A stretch of DNA of 26,912 nt, from the NCBI GenBank assembly GCA_043813605.1, contig JBDRKX010000036.1, forward strand, positions 1-26,912. The letters are read 5' to 3'. How positions within the stretch are numbered: the stretch's first letter is position 1; each line of letters opens with the position of its first letter. Positions 1 through 9,320 of this stretch are shown here, one piece after another. The DNA comes from Elusimicrobiota bacterium. Its GTDB lineage: Bacteria; CG03; SLGR01; JBDRKX01. The notes below the pieces were generated by a model. It did no database searches. It saw only the letters and a program-made list of their open reading frames with translations, and was not told where the DNA came from. A program made the position numbers and the translations under genes.

Positions 1-267
1 TCCTGTGATTCCTAAATGCAAGGTTTTTTGGGGGTACCTTACGCTTTCCTTGCACTTATTCCTTATCTACATGTCAATATTATACTTTTTTGTCGTCTAT
101 TATTCTATACCTTTTGCTTTTTTCCAGAGGCCCTAATTATAATTAAATTATAGTTCAATCCCGGTAGCAGATATGCCGTACATAGTAAAGACGGAACATC
201 TATACGATTATGCTCTTATATAGACTAATTGGTTTTTTAAAAGGTTTTACAGGCTGGTTCAGCGGTC

Positions 268-723
268 CTAAATATACTTTTTCCGCTCAAGTTTATGTTC
301 TCTTTCTATCTCTCTTTCAACGGCTTTTCTTTTAAGAGTATCTCTTTTATCCCTTTTGTTTTTTCCCCTGGCAAGTCCTATCAGCAGTTTTGCCCAACCC
401 TTCTTAAAATACATTTTTAGCGGAATGATAGTCAAACCTTTTTCTTCAGTCTTTTTCTTCAGGTGCGCCAGTTCCCTTTTCTTCAGGAGCAGCCTCCTTT
501 TTCTGAGCGGGTCGCATTCTACATAGTGTGTGTGCTCGTACGGATTAATATGAGCGTTGACAATAAAGGCTTCTCCTGACTCGATGATCACATAACTGTG
601 ATTAATATCCGCTTTATGCTGCCTCAGAGATTTCACTTCATAACCGGCCAATTCCATACCGGCTTCAAATTCTTCAATGATCTCGTATTCATGATACGCT
701 TTACGGTTCTGGGCAATATTCAT
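268..723 (-). CDS. smpB: SsrA-binding protein SmpB
   Basis: 151 aa with SmpB motifs IAQNRKAYHEY, EAGMELAGYEVKSLR, DPLRKRRLLLKKRE, GLTIIPLKMY and GLARGK, plus a basic C-terminal tail. ATGA overlap with the upstream gene. Confidence 0.98.
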   Translation of the reverse strand: MNIAQNRKAYHEYEIIEEFEAGMELAGYEVKSLRQHKADINHSYVIIESGEAFIVNAHINPYEHTHYVECDPLRKRRLLLKKRELAHLKKKTEEKGLTIIPLKMYFKKGWAKLLIGLARGKNKRDKRDTLKRKAVEREIEREHKLERKKYI

Positions 724-1577
724 CTTTTATACCTCTCGTGGACTTTTTCCCGCCCCACGAGATCCTTGATCGTCTCTACCCTGGCCGGCTCCACTTCATA
801 GACGATGTTTAATTCTGAAGGTTTCGCGAGATATACTGCGTCTTTTTTAAAAATAATATATTTTTCGGCGCTTCCTTCCGCCTTATGAAGCTTTATTTCC
901 ACATACGGGACAGTAAAGATATCGGCATTCTCCTCAACCTTTTCAATAAAACCTGATGCTTTCAGACCCTTCAGCCGGTCTACCGCCCCGGCCCAGTTCG
1001 TGGTTCCCCGGCTGACAGAAAACATCTCAACCGGTGTTTTTATGGATATCGCTTCAATAGAATCCCATTCTGTCCTTATTACAGATTTATCTTTCCAGGA
1101 ATCCCTGTCTTTTATCAATCTTTCCCTGTTCATGCCATCCGCCAGGTAAACGGCCGGGTTTCCGCCAATTCTGACAAAATTCATATCATTACCTGCTGAG
1201 TTCCTTCCGATAAAGACAATAATATCTTCATTATTTGAACTTATTATATTGACAATCATTCCCTTGGCGCGGGTAACTTCAAATCCGGAATAAGTTTCGC
1301 GCCGGTCTGAAATTTTCCTTACAAGCCTGGCTGACCTTATAATATCCCGTGTTTCCTGTATGGCTGCCGCATCTGCCGGCCAGTCTCCCATATACCAGCC
1401 GCTTTCCTTTTTTCTCAACTCGACCGGCAGATTATTATCCCGCGCCAGGTCCAGTCCGGTTATATCTAAATTCACAAATGGCTGTTCTGGCGCGGTATGA
1501 TCGGCATTATTTTTTATCACGAATAAAGCCGCGGCAAGGATAAACAGTAGTAATAATATTGCGAAAATGTTTTTCAC
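720..1577 (-). CDS. Exported/membrane-anchored protein, DUF4340-like
   Basis: GTG start and an N-terminal hydrophobic signal/anchor. W..G.WPAD, FIGR...FVR.GG.PAVYL and WKDKSVI patterns resemble DUF4340 proteins (recognition only). Confidence 0.65.
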   Translation of the reverse strand: MKNIFAILLLLFILAAALFVIKNNADHTAPEQPFVNLDITGLDLARDNNLPVELRKKESGWYMGDWPADAAAIQETRDIIRSARLVRKISDRRETYSGFEVTRAKGMIVNIISSNNEDIIVFIGRNSAGNDMNFVRIGGNPAVYLADGMNRERLIKDRDSWKDKSVIRTEWDSIEAISIKTPVEMFSVSRGTTNWAGAVDRLKGLKASGFIEKVEENADIFTVPYVEIKLHKAEGSAEKYIIFKKDAVYLAKPSELNIVYEVEPARVETIKDLVGREKVHERYKR

Positions 1578-1639
1578 ACGGATTTAACTATTGAAATAAT
1601 ACAGACCAAAGACGCTTATTAGAGACCAACTGCTGGCGG

Positions 1640-2284
1640 TCAGGGCCGGAATAATGTTCTCAAGCGGGATATTTTCGATTCAGGATCATCTGATTTTGTT
1701 ATATACGAACCCACTATAAGTTCATCTGCTCCCGCATCTATACATCGGGCCGAAGTCTCTTCATTCACCCCTCCATCAACCGATATAATATAATTATGCC
1801 CGTCTTTTGATCTTTTCTCTGCCAACACCTCAATGCTTTTCAGGCTGCTCTCCACAAATTCCTGCCCGCCGAAACCGGCCATTACGCTCATAACGAGCAC
1901 TCTGCCTACTTTGTCAAGATAAGGAAACACCTCTTCTACAGGATAATCGGGATTAAATGAAACGCCTGTTCTTTCAGAAAAGAAATTTTCGGTGTCTATA
2001 CCCTCAAGTGTCTCTGCATGAATAGTCACGGTGTCTGAGCCGGCCTCAAAAAACCTTTTTGTAAATCTTTCCGGATTGGATATCATAAGATGTGAATGAA
2101 TAGGGATATCTGTAATTTCCCTTACTTTCTCGACGACGGCCGGGCCGAAAGATATATTGTCAACCAGATGCCCGTCCATTATATCCATATGAAACGAATC
2201 TATGGACATACGCTCAATACTCCTGATTTCTTTTTCAAGGTTACCAAAATCCATGTTCAAAATGGAGACTGACAGACTTGTCAC
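1640..2284 (-). CDS. rpe: Ribulose-phosphate 3-epimerase
   Basis: SIL..DF, HMDIMDGHLVDNISFG, HLMI, IHAE, VMSV.AGFGGQ.F, SVDGGVN and GAD..IVGS motifs. Confidence 0.97.
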   Translation of the reverse strand: MTSLSVSILNMDFGNLEKEIRSIERMSIDSFHMDIMDGHLVDNISFGPAVVEKVREITDIPIHSHLMISNPERFTKRFFEAGSDTVTIHAETLEGIDTENFFSERTGVSFNPDYPVEEVFPYLDKVGRVLVMSVMAGFGGQEFVESSLKSIEVLAEKRSKDGHNYIISVDGGVNEETSARCIDAGADELIVGSYITKSDDPESKISRLRTLFRP

Positions 2285-3294
2285 CGGGCCGCTTCCTCCT
2301 TATCTTCCAGTTCGGGCTTATATTCCAGCTCTTCTTCCTTTACCAATATTTCGTTTATATATATTTTAACCTGGGCTATTCCCAGCACTTTAACCGGTAC
2401 TTCTATCTTACTGCCGCCGGAATTCTTGCCTTCGTAAACAACCCTTTCTCCGATATCGTCTTCTATTATTATTTTCACGGCTTTTTCCTGTCCGCTCTGT
2501 ACTACCTCGTAATATATGATGCCTTCTCTTACTTCTTTAAAACTTCTTGATTCTTTAGATACAGTAAGTTCCACTTTTGAATTTTCATCCACAATAACTC
2601 CCTGTTCCGGTTTTTGCTCTATAACTGTACCTTCTTCAAGCTCATCGTTTACTACTGTTTCGATCTTGCTCAACTCAAGGTTAAGATCTCTCAATACGCG
2701 CTCTACTCTATTTATGTTTCTTCCCAGCAAGTTCGGCATCTTTTTTATCTTTTCTTCTTCCGCCGGACCGCGGCTTACTATGATATTGACGTAAGAATTT
2801 TTTTCTACTACTTCCCCGGCGGCGGGATCCTGGGAAACAACAAAATCCATCTGTACTTCATTTGAGAAAGTTCTCAACTGCTCTCCTATCAGCAGGCCGG
2901 TCTGCCTTAATAATATCTCTGCCTGACGGATCGATTTCCCTTTTACTTCAGGAATAAATACGACTTTACCGCCTGAAGATACTACTACTGCCTCAATAGC
3001 CTTACCCTCGCGTACCGTGAGTCCCGGCGGCGGGGCTTGAGATATAATACTGCCCGCAGGTACGTTTACATCATATTTTTCTGCAACCTTGAACAGAGAA
3101 AGGTCTTTCTCACTGAGCAGTGTAAGAGCATCGTTGATGGTCAGACCTTCTATTTCCGGAACTATTATCTCACGGCGGTTATGTATCACTGTGTTCATTA
3201 TCCTGTTTGCCATCCAGATTCCGATGACAAAAATCATAACAAGCGCCAGAATGATTAATATCGCGGGTTTAACTGCTTTTCTTATATTATCCAT
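2281..3294 (-). CDS. Membrane-anchored protein with three PASTA domains and no kinase domain
   Basis: N-terminal TM helix followed by three repeats VPEIEG..SQAPPPG, IPEVKG..SQDPAAG and MPNLLG..EQKPEQG, each ending in V.VS.G/K. Confidence 0.92.
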   Translation of the reverse strand: MDNIRKAVKPAILIILALVMIFVIGIWMANRIMNTVIHNRREIIVPEIEGLTINDALTLLSEKDLSLFKVAEKYDVNVPAGSIISQAPPPGLTVREGKAIEAVVVSSGGKVVFIPEVKGKSIRQAEILLRQTGLLIGEQLRTFSNEVQMDFVVSQDPAAGEVVEKNSYVNIIVSRGPAEEEKIKKMPNLLGRNINRVERVLRDLNLELSKIETVVNDELEEGTVIEQKPEQGVIVDENSKVELTVSKESRSFKEVREGIIYYEVVQSGQEKAVKIIIEDDIGERVVYEGKNSGGSKIEVPVKVLGIAQVKIYINEILVKEEELEYKPELEDKEEAAR

Positions 3295-3297
3295 AGT

Positions 3298-4305
3298 TCA
3301 TTTTCTAAAAATCATATAATAACCGATTGCAGCGGCAAAAGCAATGATTATATACCACCACTTAAAATCTTTGGTTATCGGTTTTTTGATCATCCGTATT
3401 TTCTTTTTTGGATTTTCAACAGCTTTGCCTACAATGCCCGGACCATACCTCACAATCAGCTCTACTCCTTCTTCTGTTTCCCTTACATTTTCGACACTTG
3501 CTGAAAAAGGCACCGATGAATCTTCCTTACGCGCACCCAGAAGATGTGCCAGATAAACACCTATATCCCTGCTATCTTTAATGATTGTATATACCATATC
3601 TCCGGGCACTATTTTTTCAACTCTAATGCCCGGATTGCCCTTTTTAGCTTTCATAAGCTCCATATCAAGCGCTATCAGAGTGCTGTTGGCCTTTTCATGC
3701 TCTATATGGAGCTTGAATTCTTCATCGATTTTCTCGGTGTCAGTAAGGTATTTAAACTGCCTGAGATTCAGTTGCTGCTGCCTGATCTCGACATTCACAT
3801 CATATTCTATGCCTTTATCGTATTTTATTACATCCTGTATCTGTTTTTTAAAAACACCGCTGATCTTTTCTATTTCCAGCTCATTCCATGAATTATAAAA
3901 ATCTTCTATTTCATGGTCCTGTATTTTAAGAAGTAATAGCTGTTCTATTTTCTGGGTTATTTCTCTTAGGCTGCCTTCCTTCAGTCTCTGTGAATACAAC
4001 TGTTTTTCGAATGCAAACCATTGTGCCCCTATATCAGTCTCATAGACAGCCGGATTACATCCGGCAACCGCAGCGTACCTGAGCATTTTCCTGGTAGTAC
4101 TGTTAAAAATAAAAAGGATGAGCCCGTAGATGTTGACTTCTTCACTCTTGAATTTGGATTTTATAACGCCTATGGGCCTGATATTTCTAAGGATGTTTCT
4201 CAGAGCCAATGTCATATTACCGGCTGCATCATCAAGATATTGCCGGGCTTCATCCTTACTGCAGCCCGTTTCTTCTATCAGGATATCTATATCATTACTG
4301 ATTAT
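3298..4305 (-). CDS. Hypothetical protein with N-terminal UBA/NAC-like helical motif and C-terminal membrane anchor (start uncertain: ATA at 4305 or ATG at 4215)
   Basis: The ORF track gives 305 aa from ATG 4215. The frame stays open for 30 more codons up to the xerC stop (IISNDIDILIEETGCSKDEARQYLDDAAGN). The C-terminus WWYIIIAFAAAIGYYMIFRK is a TM helix. Confidence 0.8.
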   Translation of the reverse strand: MISNDIDILIEETGCSKDEARQYLDDAAGNMTLALRNILRNIRPIGVIKSKFKSEEVNIYGLILFIFNSTTRKMLRYAAVAGCNPAVYETDIGAQWFAFEKQLYSQRLKEGSLREITQKIEQLLLLKIQDHEIEDFYNSWNELEIEKISGVFKKQIQDVIKYDKGIEYDVNVEIRQQQLNLRQFKYLTDTEKIDEEFKLHIEHEKANSTLIALDMELMKAKKGNPGIRVEKIVPGDMVYTIIKDSRDIGVYLAHLLGARKEDSSVPFSASVENVRETEEGVELIVRYGPGIVGKAVENPKKKIRMIKKPITKDFKWWYIIIAFAAAIGYYMIFRK

Positions 4306-5192
4306 CTGCCTCTTGGGTGGAATTGTAGGTAAACCTCCTTTAATCTTTTTTGTGACAGGTGGGTATAGCGCTGAGTTGTCTGCAGCCTCCTGTGCCCGAG
4401 CAATTCCTGAACTGTCCGCAGGTTACAGCCGGTTTCAAGCATATGTGTGGCAAAAGTGTGCCTCAGCGTGTGCGGCCCCACATTTTTGTTTATCCCAGAC
4501 AACGCCGCATATTTTTTAACGATCCTCCTGATTGATCTTGTTGTTATCCTGCCGCCTCTGGAATTGATAAAAACAGCAGGCTCTATGATTCCCCAGGCGC
4601 CCTCTTCGCGTATTTTTAAATATTCATGAATCCTGTCTACTGAAAATCTTCCTAGAGGCACTACGCGTTCTTTTCTTCCTTTTCCGTAAACAACTGCAGT
4701 TCCTCCAAGCAGATCCAGTTTATTCAGATCAAGCGAGGACGCCTCTTCAACCCTGCAGCCCGTAGAATACAGAAATTCAAGCACAGCCCTGTCTCTAATG
4801 TCCAGCTTTTTCATCCCGAACTTATAATTAAACAGTTTTTCTGTCTCTTTCAGTGTCAACACGTCAGGATATTTAGTAACAGCTTTACCGGCAGTGACTT
4901 TTAAAGCGGGATTTTTCTTTATTAACCCGCTCTTTCTCATATATGTAAAAAAACTCTTTATGCTGGAAAGTTTCCGGTTCATTGAAACACGTGAATTGTG
5001 CTTTCTTAATACAGTAAGGTATTCCCTTATAAGAAAATGATCTGTTTCTGAAAAATCACTTTTGCCTTTTGATACGGCAAAATCAGTAAAATCCTTCAGG
5101 TCTTTTCTATAAGCCCTTGCAGTATGAGGTGAATACAGTTTTTCAACATAATCCCTGTATGCTTCCAGATCTTTTATCATTAAACGGGACAT
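4302..5192 (-). CDS. xerC: Tyrosine recombinase XerC-type
   Basis: Catalytic motifs YSTGCRVEE, GKGRKER, HTLRHTFATH, LLGH and TQRYT, with an N-terminal SPHTARAYRKDL domain. Sits in dprA-topA-xerC order. XerC versus XerD is assigned on context. Confidence 0.85.
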   Translation of the reverse strand: MSRLMIKDLEAYRDYVEKLYSPHTARAYRKDLKDFTDFAVSKGKSDFSETDHFLIREYLTVLRKHNSRVSMNRKLSSIKSFFTYMRKSGLIKKNPALKVTAGKAVTKYPDVLTLKETEKLFNYKFGMKKLDIRDRAVLEFLYSTGCRVEEASSLDLNKLDLLGGTAVVYGKGRKERVVPLGRFSVDRIHEYLKIREEGAWGIIEPAVFINSRGGRITTRSIRRIVKKYAALSGINKNVGPHTLRHTFATHMLETGCNLRTVQELLGHRRLQTTQRYTHLSQKRLKEVYLQFHPRGR

Positions 5193-5195
5193 AAA

Positions 5196-7325
5196 TCATT
5201 CATCCGTATTTTTCAGCTCTTTTGAAAACCTGCAGCCCGGGAACCCCGTGCATGCTAGAAATTTGCCTTTTCTTCCGCTTCTTATTACTGTGTCTTTCCC
5301 GCATTCGGGACATTTTTCATACCCTAGCGGAATCTTTATTACATTTTCATCTTTATCCAGTGCATACGTCTGCTTACATTTAGGGTATCCCGAACAGGCA
5401 AGGAATTTTCCGAACCTTCCTGTTTTTATCACCATATCCGCCTTGCATTTAGGACATTTCATTTCTGTCTTTTTGTCTTTAACAATATCGCCGTTCTCAT
5501 CTATGGAAAATGCTTTCCTGCATTTAGGAAAGGCCGAACAGGCGAGAAATTTGCCGTTACGGCCCCATTTTATCACCATAGGCGCCCCGCAGGCCTGACA
5601 CTTAATATCAGTTTGTTCATCTTTGATCTTTTCCATATTGCTTACGGCATCCTGGTATTCTTTCTTAAAATCCTCATAGAACTCATCCATCATCTCCTGC
5701 CAGTTATATTTGCCGTGGGCAATATCGTCAAGATTCTCTTCCATTTTAGCTGTAAATTCGTTATCTATTATCCTGGAAAAATGTTTTTCCATAACATCGA
5801 CTACAACCATCCCTATCTCCTGCGGTATCAAAGCGCCGTGTTCGATGATAATATATTTTCTTTTAAAGAGAGTATTCAATATAGTAGCGTATGTTGAAGG
5901 CCTTCCGATACCGTTTTTTTCAAGCTCTTTAATTATTGTTGCTGGAGTATACCTGGCCGGCGGTTTAGTCTCGTGTTCAAAGCAGTCCAGGGTTTTCCAT
6001 GAGAAAACCATACCTTTTTCCAAAACAGGTAATTTGACTTCATTAAGCACTGTATGCCAGACACGCATATAACCATCGAAAAGCAGGGTTTGTCCGCTGG
6101 CCTTCAATTGATATCCTCCGCATTCCAGTTCTACAATCACGTTCTTTATAAGAGCCGGCTTCATCTGAGAAGCTACAAACCTCTGCCAAATCACTCTATA
6201 GAGTTTTGCCTGATCTGGCGATAACGCCTTCTCAATATCTTCAGGAATCCTGTATACTTCTGTAGGCCTTATACATTCATGGGCCTCCTGCGCAGTTTTT
6301 TTTGAACGGTACTTTATCTGGCTCTTAGGCAGGTATTTATCGGTGTATTTTTCAGAAATGAGCTTTCTGGCGCTCTTTACGGCAGATTGTGCTATACTGA
6401 CGGAATCCGTCCTCATATATGTTATAAGGCCTGAAGACGAACCATCGGGAAGATCCACTCCCTCATACAGCTGCTGTGCTATACGCATTGTCTTCTCCGG
6501 ATTAAATCCCAATTTATTAAAAGCCTCCTGCTGTAAAGTAGATGTTATGAATGGCGGCATTGCATGCTTTTTCTTTGTTTTATCTTCAATAGCGCATATC
6601 GACAACTCCTGCCCCTTCATTTTGTCAATTATGGTTTGGGCCTTTTCCCTGCTGGTCAGATAGAGTTTATCGAATTTTTTGGAGTCTTTACCCCACAGCT
6701 TCACCCCTATATCTGCTCCATCTTTCTCTATAGTACCTTCGACCGTGTAGTATGTTTGTACTTTAAATGCATTGCGCTCTTTCTCACGCTCTACTATCAT
6801 TTTCAATCCGACAGACTGCACCCGGCCCGCTGATAATCCTTTTCTTATCTTCCGGGAAAGCAGCGGGGATATACGGTAACCCACTATCCTGTCTAATACC
6901 CTTCGAGCCTGCTGTGCATCCACAAGATCCATATTTATCTTGCGCGGATTCATCAGAGCATCGTTGATAGCCTGTTCAGTTACCTCGTGGAATACTATAC
7001 GGTCTATGCTGTGTTTATTATTGTCGATCCCGACGGCATTAACCAGATGCCAGCCTATCGCTTCACCTTCCCGGTCTTCATCCATTGCCAGATATATCTT
7101 ATTTGCATTTTTCGCCATATTTTTAATATTGGCTACCACACTCTTTTTATTTTTTATTATTTCATATTCGGGTTTAAATCTATTATCAATATCTACGGCA
7201 AATTTATTTACAGGCAGATCCATTACGTGCCCCATACTTGAAATAACATCATAATGTTTTCCTAAAAACTTCTTAATAATCTTTGCTTTTGTTGGAGATT
7301 CGACTATTATCAGCGGATTTTCCAT
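5196..7325 (-). CDS. topA: DNA topoisomerase I (type IA)
   Basis: Toprim IVESPTKAK and DEDREGEAI, SAGRVQS, catalytic LITYMRTDS, QEAHECIRPT, GIGRPSTYA, and three C-terminal C4 zinc ribbons. Confidence 0.99.
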   Translation of the reverse strand: MENPLIIVESPTKAKIIKKFLGKHYDVISSMGHVMDLPVNKFAVDIDNRFKPEYEIIKNKKSVVANIKNMAKNANKIYLAMDEDREGEAIGWHLVNAVGIDNNKHSIDRIVFHEVTEQAINDALMNPRKINMDLVDAQQARRVLDRIVGYRISPLLSRKIRKGLSAGRVQSVGLKMIVEREKERNAFKVQTYYTVEGTIEKDGADIGVKLWGKDSKKFDKLYLTSREKAQTIIDKMKGQELSICAIEDKTKKKHAMPPFITSTLQQEAFNKLGFNPEKTMRIAQQLYEGVDLPDGSSSGLITYMRTDSVSIAQSAVKSARKLISEKYTDKYLPKSQIKYRSKKTAQEAHECIRPTEVYRIPEDIEKALSPDQAKLYRVIWQRFVASQMKPALIKNVIVELECGGYQLKASGQTLLFDGYMRVWHTVLNEVKLPVLEKGMVFSWKTLDCFEHETKPPARYTPATIIKELEKNGIGRPSTYATILNTLFKRKYIIIEHGALIPQEIGMVVVDVMEKHFSRIIDNEFTAKMEENLDDIAHGKYNWQEMMDEFYEDFKKEYQDAVSNMEKIKDEQTDIKCQACGAPMVIKWGRNGKFLACSAFPKCRKAFSIDENGDIVKDKKTEMKCPKCKADMVIKTGRFGKFLACSGYPKCKQTYALDKDENVIKIPLGYEKCPECGKDTVIRSGRKGKFLACTGFPGCRFSKELKNTDE

Positions 7326-8424
7326 TTTTTATATACCTCTTTCCCCCGCCCTGACTGACCACACCTATCATTTCCAGATCGGTAAGCGCTTTTGCTAACG
7401 TGCTTATATCGATCTTGGATTTTTCACTTATTTCATCTATTGTAAACTCCCCCCCGCTCAATATATCCAGTATTTTTTTCCCGTCATCAGAAATTTTTTC
7501 ATCTACAAATTCTTTTTCTCTTTTTTTCAGCAGCGGAATATGCAGCATGGGGCTGATATCCTGCAGTATTTCATCTGCCATAGAAACAGGTATTGCTCCC
7601 TGCTTGATCAGCTTATTACACCCTTTGCTTTTTGATGAAAAAACGCTGCCGGGCACTGCATATACTGCTCTGCCCTGTTCGGCTGCCCTTACAGCTGTTA
7701 TTAAGGCTCCGCTCTTTCCCGGGGCTTCCACCACTACTACTCCCAGTGAAAGCCCGCTTATTATTCTGTTACGTAATGGGAAATTATACGGTTTCGGTTC
7801 CGTACCGGCCGGGAATTCGCTTACAACAGCGCCGTTTCCAGCAATTTCTTCCATTAATTTCGCATTTTCCGGGGGATATTCCACATCAAGACCGCTGCCA
7901 AGCACAGCTATCGTCCTCCCCCCGTTTTCCAGGGCACCCTTGTGCGCGATGGTATCTATTCCTACTGCACAACCCGAAATAACGGTTATATTATTTGAAG
8001 CCATGTCCCTGGAAATATAACGAGCTACTCTGCGGCCATACTGCGTTGCCCGCCTTGTTCCTACAATAGCAACGGCATTAATATCACTTTCCCTGAGCTC
8101 ACCCCTTGAATAGAGTACTACGGGAGGATCGTATATTTCTGCCAGCATCCGGGGGTATCCCTTCAGTCCGTAATAATACAGGTGATAACCGCGGTCTTTT
8201 ATTTTTTCAATTTCTTCAATTACCCGCGGAGACGGATTCCCGGGCAGCCGGAGTATTTCCTCAGATTTATTCAAGTCCAATCCGGAAGCGGCCGAAATCT
8301 CTTCGGGATCACTCCTGAATATACTTTCAATATTACCGAAATAATCTATTAATTTCTTTATCGATACACATCCGATTCCGTCAACAGAAACCAGCTGAAT
8401 ATAATTTTCTATCACGCCGGCCAT
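7273..8424 (-). CDS. dprA: DNA-processing protein DprA (Smf)
   Basis: YP..L.EIYDPP.VLY..G, VAIVGTR, SGCAVGID..AH, TIAVLGSG, FPLRNRIISGLS, VVEA..KSGALITA and a C-terminal winged helix. Overlaps the topA start by 53 nt. Confidence 0.98.
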   Translation of the reverse strand: MAGVIENYIQLVSVDGIGCVSIKKLIDYFGNIESIFRSDPEEISAASGLDLNKSEEILRLPGNPSPRVIEEIEKIKDRGYHLYYYGLKGYPRMLAEIYDPPVVLYSRGELRESDINAVAIVGTRRATQYGRRVARYISRDMASNNITVISGCAVGIDTIAHKGALENGGRTIAVLGSGLDVEYPPENAKLMEEIAGNGAVVSEFPAGTEPKPYNFPLRNRIISGLSLGVVVVEAPGKSGALITAVRAAEQGRAVYAVPGSVFSSKSKGCNKLIKQGAIPVSMADEILQDISPMLHIPLLKKREKEFVDEKISDDGKKILDILSGGEFTIDEISEKSKIDISTLAKALTDLEMIGVVSQGGGKRYIKNGKSADNSRISNKSKDY

Positions 8425-8435
8425 ATTATAATATT

Positions 8436-8810
8436 CTAAAGCAGTTCATCTTCTATTTCCGGGATCCTGTGTTCAACTTTAATTCTTCCGGTTTTTACTG
8501 ATTGTTTCTCCCCGCCATAAACCTTTCCTGTGTTGTCGGCTACCAGTTTCTTAATAAAATCTTCATTGTCAAAGATCTTCTGCAAATACGAAGGTATCCG
8601 CCCTGCCGCAAAAAGCAGCCTATCCTGATCCAGACCGAGTATTCCGGCAATCTTCTTAATATCTTTCTCATTGCTTGGCGGATTCCGTTTTCCGTTAAGT
8701 ATTTTTGAGAGAAAAGAAACATCCAGTCCGCTGCGGCGGGCCAGTTCTCTCAGGCTCATTCCTTTTTCATCAAGACTCTGTTTTATCAGAATAATAAATT
8801 CCTTTTTCAT
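8436..8810 (-). CDS. XRE/Cro-family helix-turn-helix transcriptional regulator
   Basis: GMSLRELARRSGLDVSFLSKILNGKRNPPS HTH followed by LLFAAGRIP. Start moved to ATG 8810, which has an AAAGGA SD; the ORF-track TTG at 8870 lies within the promoter. Confidence 0.9.
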   Translation of the reverse strand: MKKEFIILIKQSLDEKGMSLRELARRSGLDVSFLSKILNGKRNPPSNEKDIKKIAGILGLDQDRLLFAAGRIPSYLQKIFDNEDFIKKLVADNTGKVYGGEKQSVKTGRIKVEHRIPEIEDELL

Positions 8811-8841
8811 TAATTTATCCTTTAAAAAAAGCAGGTTGTAT

Positions 8842-8870
8842 ATAATATGTATTTTCATATTATTTATCAA
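8842..8870 (-). promoter_or_regulatory. Sigma70-type promoter of the XRE-dprA-topA-xerC run, overlapped by an inverted repeat
   Basis: Minus strand TTGATA (8870-8865), 17-nt spacer, TATTAT (8847-8842). Perfect inverted repeat ATAATATG-N6-CATATTAT at 8842-8863. Confidence 0.6.
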
Positions 8871-8926
8871 TTTATTACGTTTAAAGCGGACAAAAACCGC
8901 ACAGCCGCACCAGGGATGTTACAGAA

Positions 8927-9313
8927 TTATACCTTTTTTAGAATATCCACCCTTTTTCTCACAATTTCCGCCTTGTCCGAATCCGGAAACTCCTCAAGAA
9001 AATCAATTCCTCTTATGAGGGCTGTTTTTCGTCTCTTTTCTGTTGCCGCTATATAAAAATACCTGTAACTTGCTTTTTCATAATAACCGGTATCTGTAAA
9101 ACTGTCTATTATCACTTCATAGATATATTCGGCCCTTTCTGTATCCTGAAAGGTATTAAACAAGTTTCCCAGATGGTACATAGAAGCCGGAGCCCATGCA
9201 GAATCTGCATGCGAGAGTAGAAAGTCCTCGCATTTCCCGCCTATTACGAACTGATACGATATGTATATAAAGACAGCAAATACTGCACATGTTATATAGA
9301 ATTTCTTAAGCAT
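8927..9313 (-). CDS. Small membrane-anchored helical protein (TPR/BamD-like character)
   Basis: ATG 9313 has AGGA upstream. N-terminal TM helix; WAPASMYHLG...AEYIYEVIIDSF and FLEEFPDSDKA resemble TPR-type helices. Confidence 0.7.
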   Translation of the reverse strand: MLKKFYITCAVFAVFIYISYQFVIGGKCEDFLLSHADSAWAPASMYHLGNLFNTFQDTERAEYIYEVIIDSFTDTGYYEKASYRYFYIAATEKRRKTALIRGIDFLEEFPDSDKAEIVRKRVDILKKV

Positions 9314-9320
9314 TTTTTTC

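Noticed and set aside
1..267. tmRNA (ssrA) downstream of smpB
   Set aside because: No tRNA-like ends (GGGG...TTCGA...CCA) or tag reading frame recognised on either strand.
4302..5192. Phage or integron integrase marking a mobile element
   Set aside because: Size, motifs and dprA-topA context fit housekeeping XerC. No IntI-specific insertion is evident and there are no phage or transposon genes nearby.
7273..7325. dprA/topA 53-nt overlap as a frameshift or recoding signal
   Set aside because: Both proteins are complete; the overlap is only a short C-terminal tail on DprA.
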